A DNA stretch of 64,000 nucleotides from Lama glama (lineage: Eukaryota). Where the stretch lies: NCBI GenBank assembly GCA_028534125.1, contig CM052817.1, forward strand, positions 24,554,001 to 24,618,000. The letters are read 5' to 3'. Below, piece after piece: positions 51,523 to 64,000 of this stretch (position 1 is the first letter of the stretch; each line of letters opens with the position of its first letter). Position numbers and translations under genes: made by a program. Below the pieces are notes generated by a model. The model had not been told where the DNA came from. It worked only from the letters and a program-made list of their open reading frames with translations, and did not search any database.

Positions 51523-51712
51523 CAGGGTTTCTGAACCTCAGCTCAATGGACGTTTTAGGTCGAGGGTCTATTTGTGTGCATTAACGGGTGTTTGGCAACA
51601 TTCCTGATCTTGATCCATCAGATGCCAGTAGCAACACTTCCACCACCACCCCCAGGTTGTAACAACTGAAAATATCTCCCAGGGGCAGAATCCTCCCTGT
51701 TGAGAACCACTG
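51523..51712. mobile_element. MER20 hAT element
   Basis: cagggtttctgaacctcagc…cagatgccagtagca…caggttgtaacaact…ggggcagaatc…ttgagaaccactg. Confidence 0.9.
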
Positions 51713-54700
51713 ATGTAAGAATGTTTGGGAACACAGTTAGTTGATTCAGGATTTGTCATTATAAGCAGGCAGGGAGTCGCCAGCAATGTACTCCCTGAAC
51801 TGTGGGGTCTCCGTTTGCACAGCTTGAGCTCTGCTCCTGCTAATCGCTCCTTAAGAGCTCTACCCTTGGAGGGGCACTCGGAGGGGCACTCGGCAAGTGC
51901 CTCTGTGAGGGAAGCCTGACTCAGCAGTTGGTAATTTGTCCACCTTAACATCACCTCCACCAACCCAGGTTGTCTGACCCTTAAGAGTCTCCTTAAAACT
52001 GCAGGCGCTGGTTTCCCTCTCAGAGAATTTCCAAACACCAAGGAATTCTTTCATTCACATTGGGATGTCTGTGCATCTGTGGCTGCTCCAGAATTCTCCT
52101 GACCCCGTTCTCAGTCTGACATAAAATCATTGCCAGCCACACTCGAGTGGCCAGCGGACCCGGAGCGGGCTCTCTCCTGCCCGAATGCATTGGCTCTGAC
52201 CCGCTGGGCCTCAGGAAGTGGGAAGCAGCAGCCAGTGAAGCCAATCCATGAATGTTGGGCCTTTTTCTTAGAAAACAAAGGGTCCACTTTAGGCTAGCAA
52301 GAAACATCCGGGAAAAAAAAACCAAAAAACTGACCTTGATTAGAATCAAATAAAAGAGGGGAATTCAGAGAAACCTGTCTTTCATGCTGTGAATAATCGT
52401 CATTTTGTGGGGCTTTTTACCGTATCATTTCTCCTTCAGAACCATCTACATTACCTAATCTACAAGAGAAGCAATCGACTCTCAAAGCAAATTCTTAGAA
52501 GAGGTTCAAGAGAATTTCAGTAGTTTTGATTTCTGAATTAAGATCCTGCATTATTTCCTGTGCTCTGTGTTATAAGAAATGCCTGATCTTCATGAAGAGT
52601 GGAGAAGATTCGTCATTATACAATACAGCTTGAAAGTTCCCAGAGAAAATAGTCCACGCATATTTTTAAAGATGCAAAATGGATGCAAATCCCACCAGAC
52701 ACCTTAATGGATCCTAGTGACTCCTGGTAGGGACCACTATTTTAGTCTTTTTTTCAGAATGCATTGGCAAGCTGAATTCTGCACAGCAGCTAGCATTCTG
52801 CTGGCTTGAATTTGGGGTTACTGGCTTCTTAACTCCCCTTCTGCCTACTCTCGTCACAGCTTCTGATATAACACGGACTTTATCAGTTCCTACTCCTTCT
52901 GTGGTGTTCCTCTTAGCCAACGTCCCTCTCCTCTGTCAGAACTTCCTTCTCATTAAGGCTTAAAGCCATGCATTGGGCCACTTGAGTTGGTTTTGAATCC
53001 CTTAGCCCCCCTGGGGTGGGAGTACAAGGTTAACCTTTGAAAAGTAATACTACACTTGGGTAAAGAACTGCAAAAAGAATGGGCCTCCAATTGCAGAGAA
53101 CATCCCTCCAAACATCTTGTAAGAGAAGAAAAATAAAGTAGGGGGAAGAGAAATATTTGAGGTAAACATGAAAGGCTTTCCAGCTCTCATCTGCCTAATA
53201 TTTCCATCAGTTAACATAACCACACCAAGCACTGAAGTAAAAGCATAATCTCACCTCACTGTTCATCTCTTTAGCATCTGTTTTCATTCTGAGATATTTC
53301 CTTGTCAGTCTTTTCTTATATATTCACCTGTATTATATTCATATGATTAAACAAGAAGTCCCACAGGGGTGGGAGGAGCAGACCCAGGCTTTACAGGGGA
53401 GATAGTAAAATTAGTTAACACCAGAATGGTCCAGAACAGAAGCTGGACGTAAATAAAAATAAAAGATTCATACAAGCTGAAAACTCAATCTGTTGCTTTG
53501 TATAATGTCTAGCACAGCAAGTGAGAGTGACCCCAGACATAGGAATTAGAGTATTTATTGACATTACTCACAGATTAGGGGCAGAGATTCCCTCCACTTA
53601 ATTAAAATAGGGGCTACATGTAAGCCGTAGCACTAGTGTCCTGCAGTCATCACTAATTCCTTTTTCTATTTCAATTACCTCAAAGCCAGTCTAACCCTAG
53701 AGGAACAGGAAGATTATAAATTAGCATTTGCAGTGGAGACACAGCCATGCACATGGGAACTTTCTTTCTGCCCCTGATTGGCTGCTTCAGCTGGAACACT
53801 GTACAAATTGGCCCCTGTTCCTCCACTGGGAGTCCGAGCTTTAATTCTTGATCTCATCCTCCTCCTGGCCCTCAGTTGTCAGAGATACAGTGCCCAGACA
53901 CATGGAGCACCCCCAAAGTATTCCCAGCGTCTGATGAATCAGGTGACACCTACTCAACTCAGATGGGGCTGAGTCTCTTTAAATTTTCTATAACCAGTGT
54001 ACTGAGAGAGCTAGACTCAGTTGAGGACACATGAGGAACGAGAATTTATTTTTCTTGCATCACTGCCTTCAAACATGCTTTGCTGGGTTCTTTCCCGACC
54101 CAGGAAGCTTGCTCAATCAGATGCTATCAAGACTGACTTGCAAGAATTAAAAAGTCCAAGTGGGTCTAAATCAAAGTGTCCACTTCGCACCCAGTTTAAA
54201 TTGTCTGCTTCTCCTGGGTTCAGGTTCTTGGGTCTGGAACAGAGAAGGGAGGTATCGCCAATCCTGCACCATTTTCCCTTCTTCTTCCTTCACTCCTCAC
54301 CCAGCCTTTTGGGCCTCCAAATGCTCTTCTGAATCCCTCAGGTCAGAGGGAGGGCAATGGAAGAAAAGGAGCAAAAACTAAGAGAAACTTATCCAACCCT
54401 GTCCGCTGTCCTGCACTCCCACGTCTGGTGTCCCACAGATAGAAGTCCCTACTTCCCTCCCTTCATGGGGTGAGGCTGGGGCTGGGGGAAGCAGCGTTCA
54501 CCTGGAGGACAGACAAAAGTGAAGCCGACTCTACTCCAGTTTCCTCCAGCGAATCTCTTCCTGGTCTTCAGTCTTCTGTCACATACTGGAAATGGGTGAC
54601 AGGGACGAGGGTCACAGGAACAAGGTGATCACGTCAGCCCAGCAGGTGTGTCCAGCAACTCCTCTTTACAGTGTTGCAATAGCCCAGGGCTTGGGTTCCA

Positions 54701-54817
54701 GTGAAAATTTTGAGCTTTCAGGAAGTGTCCTGCTGATGACTAAGTTTACGTGTCAAATTGACTACAGTACCCAGATATTTGGCCAAACATCAGGCAAAAT
54801 GTCACAGTGAGGGTTTT

Positions 54818-56150
54818 TCTTTTACTTTTTAAAAAAATTTTATAGGGTTTTTAAAGGTTACTTCCCATTTACAGTTATTACAAAATATTGGCTATATTCC
54901 TCATGTTGTACAATACATTCTTATGCCCATCTTATACCCAATAGTTTGTACAGTCCACTCCCCCATCCTACATTGCACCCTTCACTGGTAACCACTAGTT
55001 TGTTCTCTATATCTGAGTCTGCTTCTTTTTTATTATATCCACTAGTTTGTTACATTTTTAAAGTTTCCATCTGTAAGTGAGATCATACAGTGTTTGTCTT
55101 TCTCTGTCTGACTCATTTCAATTAGCATAATGCCCTCCAAGTCCAGCCATATTGCTGCAAATGGCAAAATGTCATTCTTTGTTTATGGCTGAGTAGTGTT
55201 CCTGTGTGGCTGTGTGTGCACGTGCATGTGCGTGTGCGTGTGTGTGTACCACATCTTCTTTATCCAGTCATCTGTTGATGGACACTCAGATTGCTTTCAT
55301 GTCTTGGCTATTGTAAATAATGCTGCAGTGAACATTGGGGTGCATGTATCTTTCAAATTAGTGTTTTTGTTTTTTCTGATATATACCTGAGAGTGGAACT
55401 GCTGGGTCATATGTAGTGTATTTTTAATTTTTTGAGAAACAACCATACTGTTTTCCTCAGTGGCTGCACCAATTTACATTCTCACAAACAGTGTATGAGA
55501 GTTCTTTTCTTCACATCTTCCAACATTTGTTATTTGTGTTCTTTTTGATGACAGCCATTCTAACAGGTGGGAGGTGATACTTCACTGGGTTTTGATTTGC
55601 ATTTCCCTGATAATTAGCAATATTGAACATCTTTTCATGTGCCTGTTGGCCATTTGCATTTCCCTTTTGGGAAAATGTCTATTCAGTTCTTCTGCCTATT
55701 TCTTAATTGGGTTTTGGGTTTTTTTTTTTTGATGTTGAATTCTATGAACTGTTTATCTATGTTGTATATTAATCCCTTATCAGTCATATCACTTGCAAAT
55801 ATTTCCTCCCATTCAGTAGGTTGTCTTTTCATTTTGTCAATGGTTTCTTTTATTCTGCAAAATCTTTTAAGTTTAATTAGGTCCCATTTGTTATCTTTTC
55901 TTTTATTTCCTTTACTTTAGGAGACAGATCCAAAAAAATATTGCTGCAATTTATGTCAAAGAGTGTTCTGCCTATGTTTCCCTCTAGAAGTTTTATAGTA
56001 TCTGGTCTTCCATTAAGGTCTTTAATTCATTTTGAGCTTATTTTTGTATATGGTGTTGGAGGATGTTCTAATTTCATTCTTTTACATGTAGCTGTCCAGT
56101 TTTTCCAGCACTGTTTATTGAAGAGACTGTTTTTCTCCATTGTAATTCTT
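54818..56150 (-). mobile_element. 5'-truncated cetartiodactyl L1 inserted in MLT2
   Basis: T-rich tail, then ttaaaggttacttcccatttacagttattacaaaatattggctatattc and antisense ORF2 3' sequence. Confidence 0.92.
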
Positions 56151-56429
56151 GACAGGGTATTTTTAGATGAGATTAACATTTAAATCAGCAAACTTTGAGT
56201 AAAGGAGATTACCCTTCATAATGTGGGTGGGCTTCAACCAGTTGAAGCCTTTTAAAATAAAAGACTGGTCCTCTGAGGAAGGAGGAATTCTGCCTGCAGA
56301 AGCCTTCAGACTCAAGCTGTAACAATCAACTCTTCCCTGGGTCTCCAGCCTACTAACCCATCCTGCAAATTACAGGCTTGCCAGCCCCCACAATCGTGTA
56401 AGCCAATTCCTAAAGTATATAGAGAGATA

Positions 56430-56430
<1 letters not shown>

Positions 56431-56477
<47 letters not shown>
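56431..56477. repeat. (AC)23 microsatellite within MLT2
   Basis: Perfect AC run. Confidence 0.97.
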
Positions 56478-56478
<1 letters not shown>

Positions 56479-57369
56479 CCTGTTGGTTCTAGAAGTTTCT
56501 TTGGAGAACCCTGATTAATACAGCCCTATTTAACATTTTACAGCAGTTCTACAAAGACTCATATAACTTTTCTGCTCACTCTAGACACAATGATCTCATC
56601 TCCAGTGGCAGTGGATTCTATCCACTGTAAACCTCTGTTTACCAGCACCTGGAACAGTTCCTCAACTCAGAACTTTATAAAGAAATCAGAAGGACTACCC
56701 GAGAGCAACACATGTGATAAAACGAGAACGGTTTATAATTGTCTGGCATATAATTTTATACAGCCACGTACACTATCCATCTGACTGTGACATTCATTTC
56801 CAAATTGTTTTCCCAAAAATAGGAAATTAAATCTATCATGCTCAACTCCAGATTTCCTCTTGTGTCAGCCACAAACTTACTGTCTAGTCTTGTGTGACCA
56901 TATTGTTCTTGCCATTAAGTAGCCCATGCTGGAGCGAGGGTGATTTCAGAACCCTTATTTCTAATTCATCAACATTCTCAGGTTCACTTCACACTTGCTT
57001 AAAGTTCACTGTGAGAACAGACTATTTTCATTTGATGCAGTTCAAGGAAATTGCATTTCTCCGGAGCCCTTTGCCAAATGCTTGCCCCTGGCAACCTGTT
57101 TCCCTGGGAACAGTCTCTCCCTCTCTCTGCAGAGCTGCGTCTTGCTGTTGCTCTGTCTGCTGCCCCTGGTTCTGCACTGGCCACGCCACCGCCATAGAAG
57201 GTTCTCATCACCAGCACTCATTTGGTGGAAACACATCTTTCAAATTAAGTTCAAATTAAAACCAGAGCTCTCATGGCCTAGAAATGTGAATCTGTGATTA
57301 AAATGGTACCATTTAATTCTACAATTGAGTGGGTCTCACAGTCTCATCACCACTGTTTCTCACTGAAAT

Positions 57370-57585
57370 ACCTAACATTTACTAAATATTTCCTGTGGTC
57401 CAGGCACTGCTCAAAGTACTTTATTCAAAGTACTAATTAGTTCTCCCAAGGAGACTTGGAGATTGGTACTGTAATTAAGGCCATTTTATAGATGAGAGCC
57501 CTGAGGCTTACAGAGGTTATATAATGAATCTAGGGTCAGACAGTGGAGCAGGGACAGGCTTCAAAGCCCATATTCTTTACCACAA
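57370..57585 (-). mobile_element. MIR SINE
   Basis: aacatttactaa…ccaggcactg…ccattttatagatgagagccctgaggcttacagaggtta. Confidence 0.8.
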
Positions 57586-58733
57586 TGTTACGGCCTCCAG
57601 AAAGAATATCGTGCCTGAGGGTCAGCTTTATCTTTATATACAGAGAGATTTTTATGTATTTTACAAATATTTATTTGTGGCTAAATAGGATTATATATTT
57701 TTTAATTCATTATATGTAACAATGTCTACACCAAAAAGGTTTTGACTGAAATTTATATTAAAAGAAAGAACTAGTTATTGTTTGGGGCTTTTTTTTTTAA
57801 CATGAAATGAGGCCAAAAAAAAAAAATTAATGGCCAAGAAATAAGGGGCTAGGGAGAGTCAACTGTATCAGAAAAGCATTGCAAGACAAGCTGCTGGACT
57901 TGAACAGAAAACTTAGCTCTGGGGTTCCTGGCTGCTGTGACCAAAAGAGGAACATAGCACATTTCACATCTTTCATCACTTGATAAAAAAGAATCAAGAC
58001 AGTTCGTGGAGAAAGATACAAATTTTATAATATTGAATTGTGAAAGGAACCCAGCCGATGTCTTTTTTTTTTTAATGACAGCTTGTGTCTTCAATTGCAT
58101 TTTCAAGACAAAGCAGAAGATGTACACATATGAAGGTCAATGAGATGTTTGTCTTTGTAATTTTCCCACACAACCCTCCTCAGACAGTTTTTCTCACAGG
58201 CAGGGCCAATCACATTTTCATTAAATGGGTGGCTCAGGCCTTAGGACTCACTTTTTAAGCCTCTAGCTGTCATCTGACTCCAGGAAAACAGTAGGAGACC
58301 TGGACTCACCCAACATGAACTCCTTACACCAGATTCTTTTTTTTTTTTAATTCCAAAGTCTTGGTTAACATAAGTGTTTTAAAATCAATGTCTGTTTATT
58401 GTTGCTTTCAAATGTACTCATTTCATGAGATGTAAATCTTAGAGTTAATATTTTTGAACTAAAATGATGAAAGATTTCCCTTTTAGATCACTGATTTGAA
58501 GAATCTATTATTTAATTGTGGTGGCTAAGTATTTCCCTTCTGCCTAAGCTTACAATAGCTCTCCTCGCTCCTCCAATTCTGCCTATTGTGAGTATGAAGT
58601 GAATTTCTGACCCAGTCCTTCAGGTTGGTAAGGTAGCTTGCCTTTTCATCCTCTTTCTCCAGAATAAACTCAATTCCTTTATCCTTTCTGTAAAGTCCTG
58701 TCTCTATGCTTTTACTCAGGATTGTAATTTTAC

Positions 58734-58910
58734 TGCTGCTGCTCCAAGTATGGTCCCATACCAGCTGTAACTGTATCACTGGGAGCTGCTTGGAGATACA
58801 GATCCTATGGTCTCACCCCAGACCAACAGAATCAAAACTAGGGTGGGGCCCAGCCTTACTGTGTTTGAACAAGCCCTCAGGTGATTCAGATGCTTAAATT
58901 CAGCACCACG
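58734..58910. mobile_element. MER5A hAT element
   Basis: atcactgggagctgctt…caccccagaccaacagaatcaaaactagggtggggcccag…tgaacaagccctcaggtgattc. Confidence 0.85.
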
Positions 58911-59048
58911 GCCCCAGGCTTTCCTTTCTCAAGCTTTTTTTTTTTCCTCCCCGTTTTCTTAATCAGTAAACAGCAGGTAACTGGAGCTAAGCCAGATTGC
59001 AGACTGAATCCCCTTGTCAAAACTTGAAAGCTTCAGCAACCTTGGAAA

Positions 59049-59555
59049 TGTAAATGAAAAATGTCGCCTGACATATCAGTAAACAAAGGATGTTGCAGCC
59101 ATCCGGCCACTGCAACCATTCCAACTGTGAGCCCTCAGGGAACTCAGGATGGAGCTGCCAAGCCCTCAGTCACTGCAGCCGCCCCCAGTGGTGCACGCTC
59201 AGGGTTCTCAGGATGGGAAAGAACAGGATATTGGGGCAGGAGGCTAGGTGCATATCAAAGGAACAATATCAGGGAGCCCAGATTCTTACATCTTCCCATA
59301 TACAGAAAAGTGCTAAATTCCTTAACCTGAGATATCCGGTTTTCTTTATTTAAGAGTCATCTTTTGATGGTCTAACTACCTGGTCTTTGCTGCAAAAACC
59401 CCCCATAGATCCTGGCTCCTCCCTTACCTCTTTGGAGCAGCCCCTCACATCTACCTGATAAACTGCCTCTTGGGCTTGAAGTCCTGAGAAAGTCTGCCAA
59501 ATAGAACATAATTCTCAGCTTTCAGGCTGTGCCTTTTTTTTTTCCCCAGTCAACA
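59049..59555 (+). mobile_element. ERV1-class solo LTR (cetartiodactyl type)
   Basis: TGTAAATG…GTCAACA, 507 bp, perfect 4-bp TSD GAAA (59045-48 / 59556-59). Contains an internal duplicated ~60-bp unit ending ctcaggatgg. Confidence 0.9.
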
Positions 59556-59600
59556 GAAATCAACTGAGTCTCAACAGATACACGTGGGTAAATTGCTTCT

Positions 59601-59772
59601 CTTTTTTTCTGTTTTTTAAATAGAAATATAGTCAGTTTACAATGTTGTGTTAGTTTCTGGTGTACAGCATAGTGATTCAGTTATACATACAGACATACCG
59701 ACACATATGTATTCCTTTTTCATATTCTTTTTCATTATGGACTATCACAAGGTATTGAATATAGTTCCCTGC
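59601..59772 (-). mobile_element. Short L1 3' end with TSD
   Basis: atagtcagtttacaatgttgtgttagtttctggtgtacagcatagtgattcag…, with a perfect 14-bp TSD ggtaaattgcttct at 59587-59600 and 59773-59786. Confidence 0.92.
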
Positions 59773-60729
59773 GGTAAATTGCTTCTTTTAAAATCCCTTC
59801 TCATTAGTTTGGTTTTCCATTCACTCTAAGACTCCTGGTGTTAGTTTCCAAATGTTCTGTTCTGTCCTATATATCTAAAGTAATGAAGAAGCACAAAGCT
59901 AACAGCTCAGTTTCCCCCAGCAATCCTTCCAGTGGGAAAATAAAGAAAAATTACCTTCCCGAATTGTGTTTCGGGGCCCCAGGCTTTCTGTGCAGCACAT
60001 ATTTTTCCATTTGCCTCTGGCTGTTAACCAAACTGCATGGAGAGGAGTGGCCCAGCCTTAGTCAGAAAGGGGGAGTGATGGCGTGTATTTCCCCTTCTCA
60101 AGAGGCAGAGTTCCTAGTCATCATCCATGCGCTTAGAAGGGCCATTTTAAAAATAAAAATAGCCTTGATTCTTGCCAAGGTTTAGAAAGCCAACTCAAAA
60201 TTCTCAGAGACTTCATTTCAACTTTGTGACTAATTGCCTTGTGTACTGCTCTTGACAAGTGGCTGACAAATGGGTGTTTTATGGATGCCATGATGGAGAG
60301 ATGGAGTGTTTTGCTTCATTGTGACTATGAGTGCATTATAAGCGAAACGCAGAGTGCATACGTTTTAATCTCAATGAATTTCGTTTCTTGAAATGAGGCT
60401 TGGAAAATCGAGACAGCCTTTCCCTAAAGAACAATGATTTTATATATATATATAGTTATGGTTCCTACAGTTATACTTAAAAGTGAACTTAAACAGGATT
60501 TGCTTGGCAAGGAGCATTAAGGATTCGGTGACCTGTGCTATTATTAATTGATGTTGTGTAGTCATTTTGTACAAAGCACTGATATTTGCCAAGCAGAGCA
60601 AGTGAGACTAACACTCAATTTTTTAAATATATATAAATAAGTATCAATAAATCACTCGTTATATGAGGGACCACAACTGCTGGAAGAGCCCACTATGTAT
60701 ATTTCATGTTAATAGCTCCTTTTCACTCA

Positions 60730-61585
60730 GCCAATCACAAAACTTATCTGCTGTCTCTCCTCCTTGGCAAGAGATCTCCTTTGCCTCCTCACTGAGAAAC
60801 AGAGCTCATCCACCATAAACCCCTGACCACCCCTACTCATCTCCACCTCAAAATATCTCCTTACCTCCATGTGGCCCACTTTGCTCAGGATCTTCTCTGC
60901 CAGCGACCCTTCTTTCTTCAATCCCTCCCTGTCTACTAGTATCTCTACGTGGCTTACAAACTCACAGAGTCTCTCCCATCCGCCATTCTCATTCTATTAC
61001 TTTGGACACCAAGCAGGTTCAGACTCTCGTTTTCTCCCACTTGGACTCTTAACTAGTCCCTCCAGCTGCAGCCTTTTTCTTCTCGGCATTTTACACCTGT
61101 TTACAATGTAACAGAATTACCTTGTTAAAAGACCTATGTGACTTTGTTGGTCCCCTACTCAAAAACCCAGTGGTATCCAAAAAGAATTAGAAAAAATATT
61201 CTTAATGTGAATCTCAAAGTCCTCCACAATCCACCTCAAGGCTCTGCTTTCCTTTTCAGTCTGGCTTCTACACACTTCTCTTTCCAGCTTGTAAGACTGC
61301 CTACCATTCCTTGAGCATCACTGCCCACCTTCAGATCTCTTGCCATTTCCCCATCTGCAGTGTCTTTTTTTGCTTATTGAAGTTCTTGTCCACAGTGTGC
61401 TTCCAGGTCAAATCAATGGCACCCACCTCTGGGTACCCGTTTTACACTTTTATTACAACACTGCTTTCCATGGTGGCTAGTTGTGCCTGAGATAAGGGAC
61501 AATGTCTTTTTCATTTTTAAAAATCCTTCCCAGTGAAAAATATGGTAATTTACCAAAATTAGATGTTTATGCGCTGAATTAACCA
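60730..61585 (+). mobile_element. L2 fragment
   Basis: Pyrimidine-rich L2 body; cccctactcaaaaacccagtgg…aaagtcctccacaatc…agggacaatgtcttt…gctgaattaa. Confidence 0.6.
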
Positions 61586-61849
61586 AATGGATAATCCCAG
61601 AGGTATTACAGGGAAGAAAAGAATGTTAGCTCTTTTTTATAAGACATTTTCTTCTTCTGTAATATTACTTAAATGATTTCTTGATGGATGAAAGTTCTCA
61701 ATCCAAGTAATTAACCCCCTGGGAGAGAAGATTAGGCTGTTCACTTCTTCCTAGTCTTTCCACAGAATCACCAAGAACCAAGTTTACTGAAAGAAAAAGC
61801 ACAAGGAAGCTTGCTAAGCCCACAGCACACCACTTCTGAGAGCTGCCAT

Positions 61850-62180
61850 CTGTTCACCCAACAGTATTTACTGAACCTTTATTATGTACCAGGCACTCTT
61901 CTAGGCGTGAGAATATGGTCATAAACAAGACAGGTGAGGACCCTGCTTCCTTGGAGCTTGTAATAGAGGAGGAAACAGATAATGAACAAGAAAATAAATG
62001 AATTTTTTAAAGATCTTTTTAGCTAGTGATAAAATATAATTAGAAACAGTATCGCAAGGTATTGTAATAGGTATTTGAATGGCTAATTTAGCTCAAAGGT
62101 CTAACTGAGGAGGTGACATCTGAACTGATGTCTGAATTTAGGATGACTGAATCAGTCACACATGCAAAATCCAGGGACAT
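61850..62180 (-). mobile_element. L2 fragment
   Basis: caacagtatttactgaacc…tatgtaccaggcactcttctaggc…ctgaggaggtgacatctgaactga. Confidence 0.8.
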
Positions 62181-62565
62181 CAAAAAAAAACTACCCAACT
62201 ATAAGCCAGGACTTTAGTGGGCCTATTCCAAGGGGAAGCAAACTCCTCAAAGTTATCCATTTTCCCCAGGGGAGATGACTTCTCCAAGGTTGAGGTCACT
62301 TTAGACCCAATTCAAAGTTCAAATTCTCTCTAAGGCAAAGCTAAAATGTATAGATCATCTTTGATACACTATAGAAGTTACTTTCTACTTGTTTTTCTAA
62401 CACACACACCAAGGATGGGGTTCACATTTGTGAAACATTCCTGTGGGCAGACCCAGGTATTCTTATGCCTGTAGCATAAAAGAGAGAAGTTTCAGGTCAT
62501 GGGCCACTTGTGGAACTCTGCCTCAGAGATGTATATCACAATGAATGTAAGGATGTCCCTGTTAG

Positions 62566-62813
62566 GAGAACAAACTAGCAGTTGCCAGAGAGGAGGGGCA
62601 AGAGGGTGATGGGTGAAACGGGTGAAGAGGATTAAGAGATACAAACTACCAGTTATAAAATATATAAGTCACAGAAATGTAATGTACAGCACGAGGAATA
62701 GAGTCAATGACATTGTAATATGTGGTGTGTAATGTACTAAAGTATCAAATCACTACACTGTACTCCTGAAACTAACGTAACATTGTAAGTCGACTAGGCT
62801 TCAATTTGAAAAA
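62566..62813 (+). mobile_element. Short L1 3' end with TSD
   Basis: gagaacaaactag…gattaagagatacaaactaccagttataaaata…ctgaaactaac…A tail. 17-bp TSD aaggatgtccctgttag / aagaatgtcactgttag (2 mismatches). Confidence 0.9.
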
Positions 62814-63149
62814 AAGAATGTCACTGTTAGTAGCCCTAATAATTTTTCATTCACAAACGTTAACAGTTCCTTTTTCAGTAACTTTTGACATCTAGTGTCT
62901 GACCAAATCATGATAATCAGAAGCCTGTAGAATTAGGTCCTCACTTGAACCACCCATTCTTAAAAAACATTACCTACCATCGACTGCTGGCTCTTTTTTT
63001 TTTTTTTATGTGGATCCCTCTGGTGCCTTCTCTGGGTTGATAAGGGTCTAGCACAGTCTTGGTGATTAACTTCTGACCTCCCTGATAGAAAGAGGAGTGG
63101 GGAACAGACTGCTGGCTCTTAACGTGCACTCTGTCCCAGTCACGCTCCA

Positions 63150-63697
63150 GAGCACAGCGGACAGGACTATGAACTTGATGTTCTGGAAACTTGAGCTCAG
63201 ATCCTTGTTCTGCCATACACTTGCTACAGACATTCTCAGCCTGGGGAATAATAAGACCTAACTCATAACTTCATAGTAAGTGATATTACTACTGATAGAA
63301 ATAAAAGCTTTGCTGTTATTATTGCCAGGCTTCTAGTTGCCTCTTAAAAGCACCCTTCTCATTCACAACAGCAAGCATTACAGTAGGAAGCTGCTAACTC
63401 CATCTGGAAGGTCCTTTCCCACCCTTCCCCTCAATTTGTCCATTTAAATTCTTTTTAACCATCAGGGGCCAATTCAAGTTTTGCTTCCTTCTTCAACTAC
63501 ACTCAATCTTCTAGTTATTTCCATCTTCTCAGTGGTCTGTGAGCCCCAACTGACACTCCCAGGCTCTTGGTCCCCTCAAGTCGGCTTGCCTGTCCCATGT
63601 CCCATCTCATCCAGCCTGTAACCTCAGAAAGGGCAAGAATCTTGCCCTTCATTTATTACACCTTCCCCTTCACTTAAGTGATAAATAAATGAATGAA
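63150..63697 (+). mobile_element. MIR fragment followed by an L2 3' end
   Basis: gatccttgttctgccatacacttgct (MIR); cagaaagggcaagaatcttg…ataaataaatgaatgaat (L2 tail). Confidence 0.6.
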
Positions 63698-64000
63698 TTC
63701 CTATCCTCAGTGTAAAGTCTTCCCCTGTGACTCTAGTTCACGTCAATGGCACTCACTTCTACGAATCCATTTTATACTTTTTTTTTTAACAGCACCATCT
63801 TGCATCGCAATTGGTTCCATATGCCTGAGATCAGGGGCACTTGTATTTAGGCAACCAAATGATAAGAATGAAGGAATCTTGTGGAGAGTGAGTTTAGAAC
63901 CATGTAGAAGAGGGTTTTCTTTGAAGGATTACACATTTTTGAAAATGTGAGTTGCAGTCTAATAGTGGATCAGGAAATCATTCTAATCTAGTGGATTACC

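Larger units (their letters stand above)
54732..56522 (+). mobile_element. MLT2 (ERVL) solo LTR split by an L1
   Basis: tgatgactaagtttacgtgtcaa…cccagatatttgg…|…agatgagattaacatttaaatcag…ataatgtgggtggg…ggagaaccctgattaataca; TSD gtcct/gccct. Confidence 0.9.

Noticed and set aside
51868..51893. 12-bp tandem duplication ggaggggcactc x2
   Set aside because: Ordinary slippage duplication with no further structure.
55196..56183. Hydrophobic + strand ORFs
   Set aside because: Antisense reading of L1 3' sequence, a common source of false ORFs.
61535..61549. gaaaaatatggtaat (EKYGN) after a CAG, resembling the next NWD2 exon (GLLGEKYGNIRIP)
   Set aside because: No GLLG upstream, immediate divergence (LPKLDV…), an early stop, and location in an L2 remnant; a chance match.
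1..64000. CRISPR arrays, operons, rRNA/snRNA genes, processed pseudogenes, intact retroviral ORFs
   Set aside because: None seen; the sequence is eukaryotic intronic DNA and the remaining short ORFs have no recognisable protein similarity.

Overview
Mammalian genomic DNA, most likely a camelid (it carries a Vic-1-type tRNA-derived SINE and cetartiodactyl L1/Tigger families), with two 500-N scaffold gaps. The window appears to be almost entirely intronic sequence of NWD2 (NACHT and WD repeat domain containing 2, + strand). One 117-bp coding exon at 15847-15963 (VIDLYWGIDEDEWDSPELQKTRMKLLEDCLKTSAGPCFV) is recognisable, and the ORF track misses it. The rest is a dense layer of transposon fossils (L1, L2, L3/CR1, MIR, hAT and Tigger DNA elements, ERV solo LTRs), many nested or with visible target-site duplications. 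The most interesting observations are: (i) a ~3 kb minus-strand segment at ~42.6-45.7 kb that reads as a decayed Gypsy gag with SCAN-like capsid motifs, a zinc knuckle, a polypurine tract and an embedded CTCF-like motif; (ii) an apparent loss of the TIR-type glutamate in the NWD2 exon; (iii) a sense-oriented L1 with an intact 5' end but deleted 3' end, carrying a 43-bp micro-retroinsertion. I found no convincing new biological system. Gene and repeat family names come from my recall of reference sequences, not from database searches, and boundaries of old repeats are approximate.
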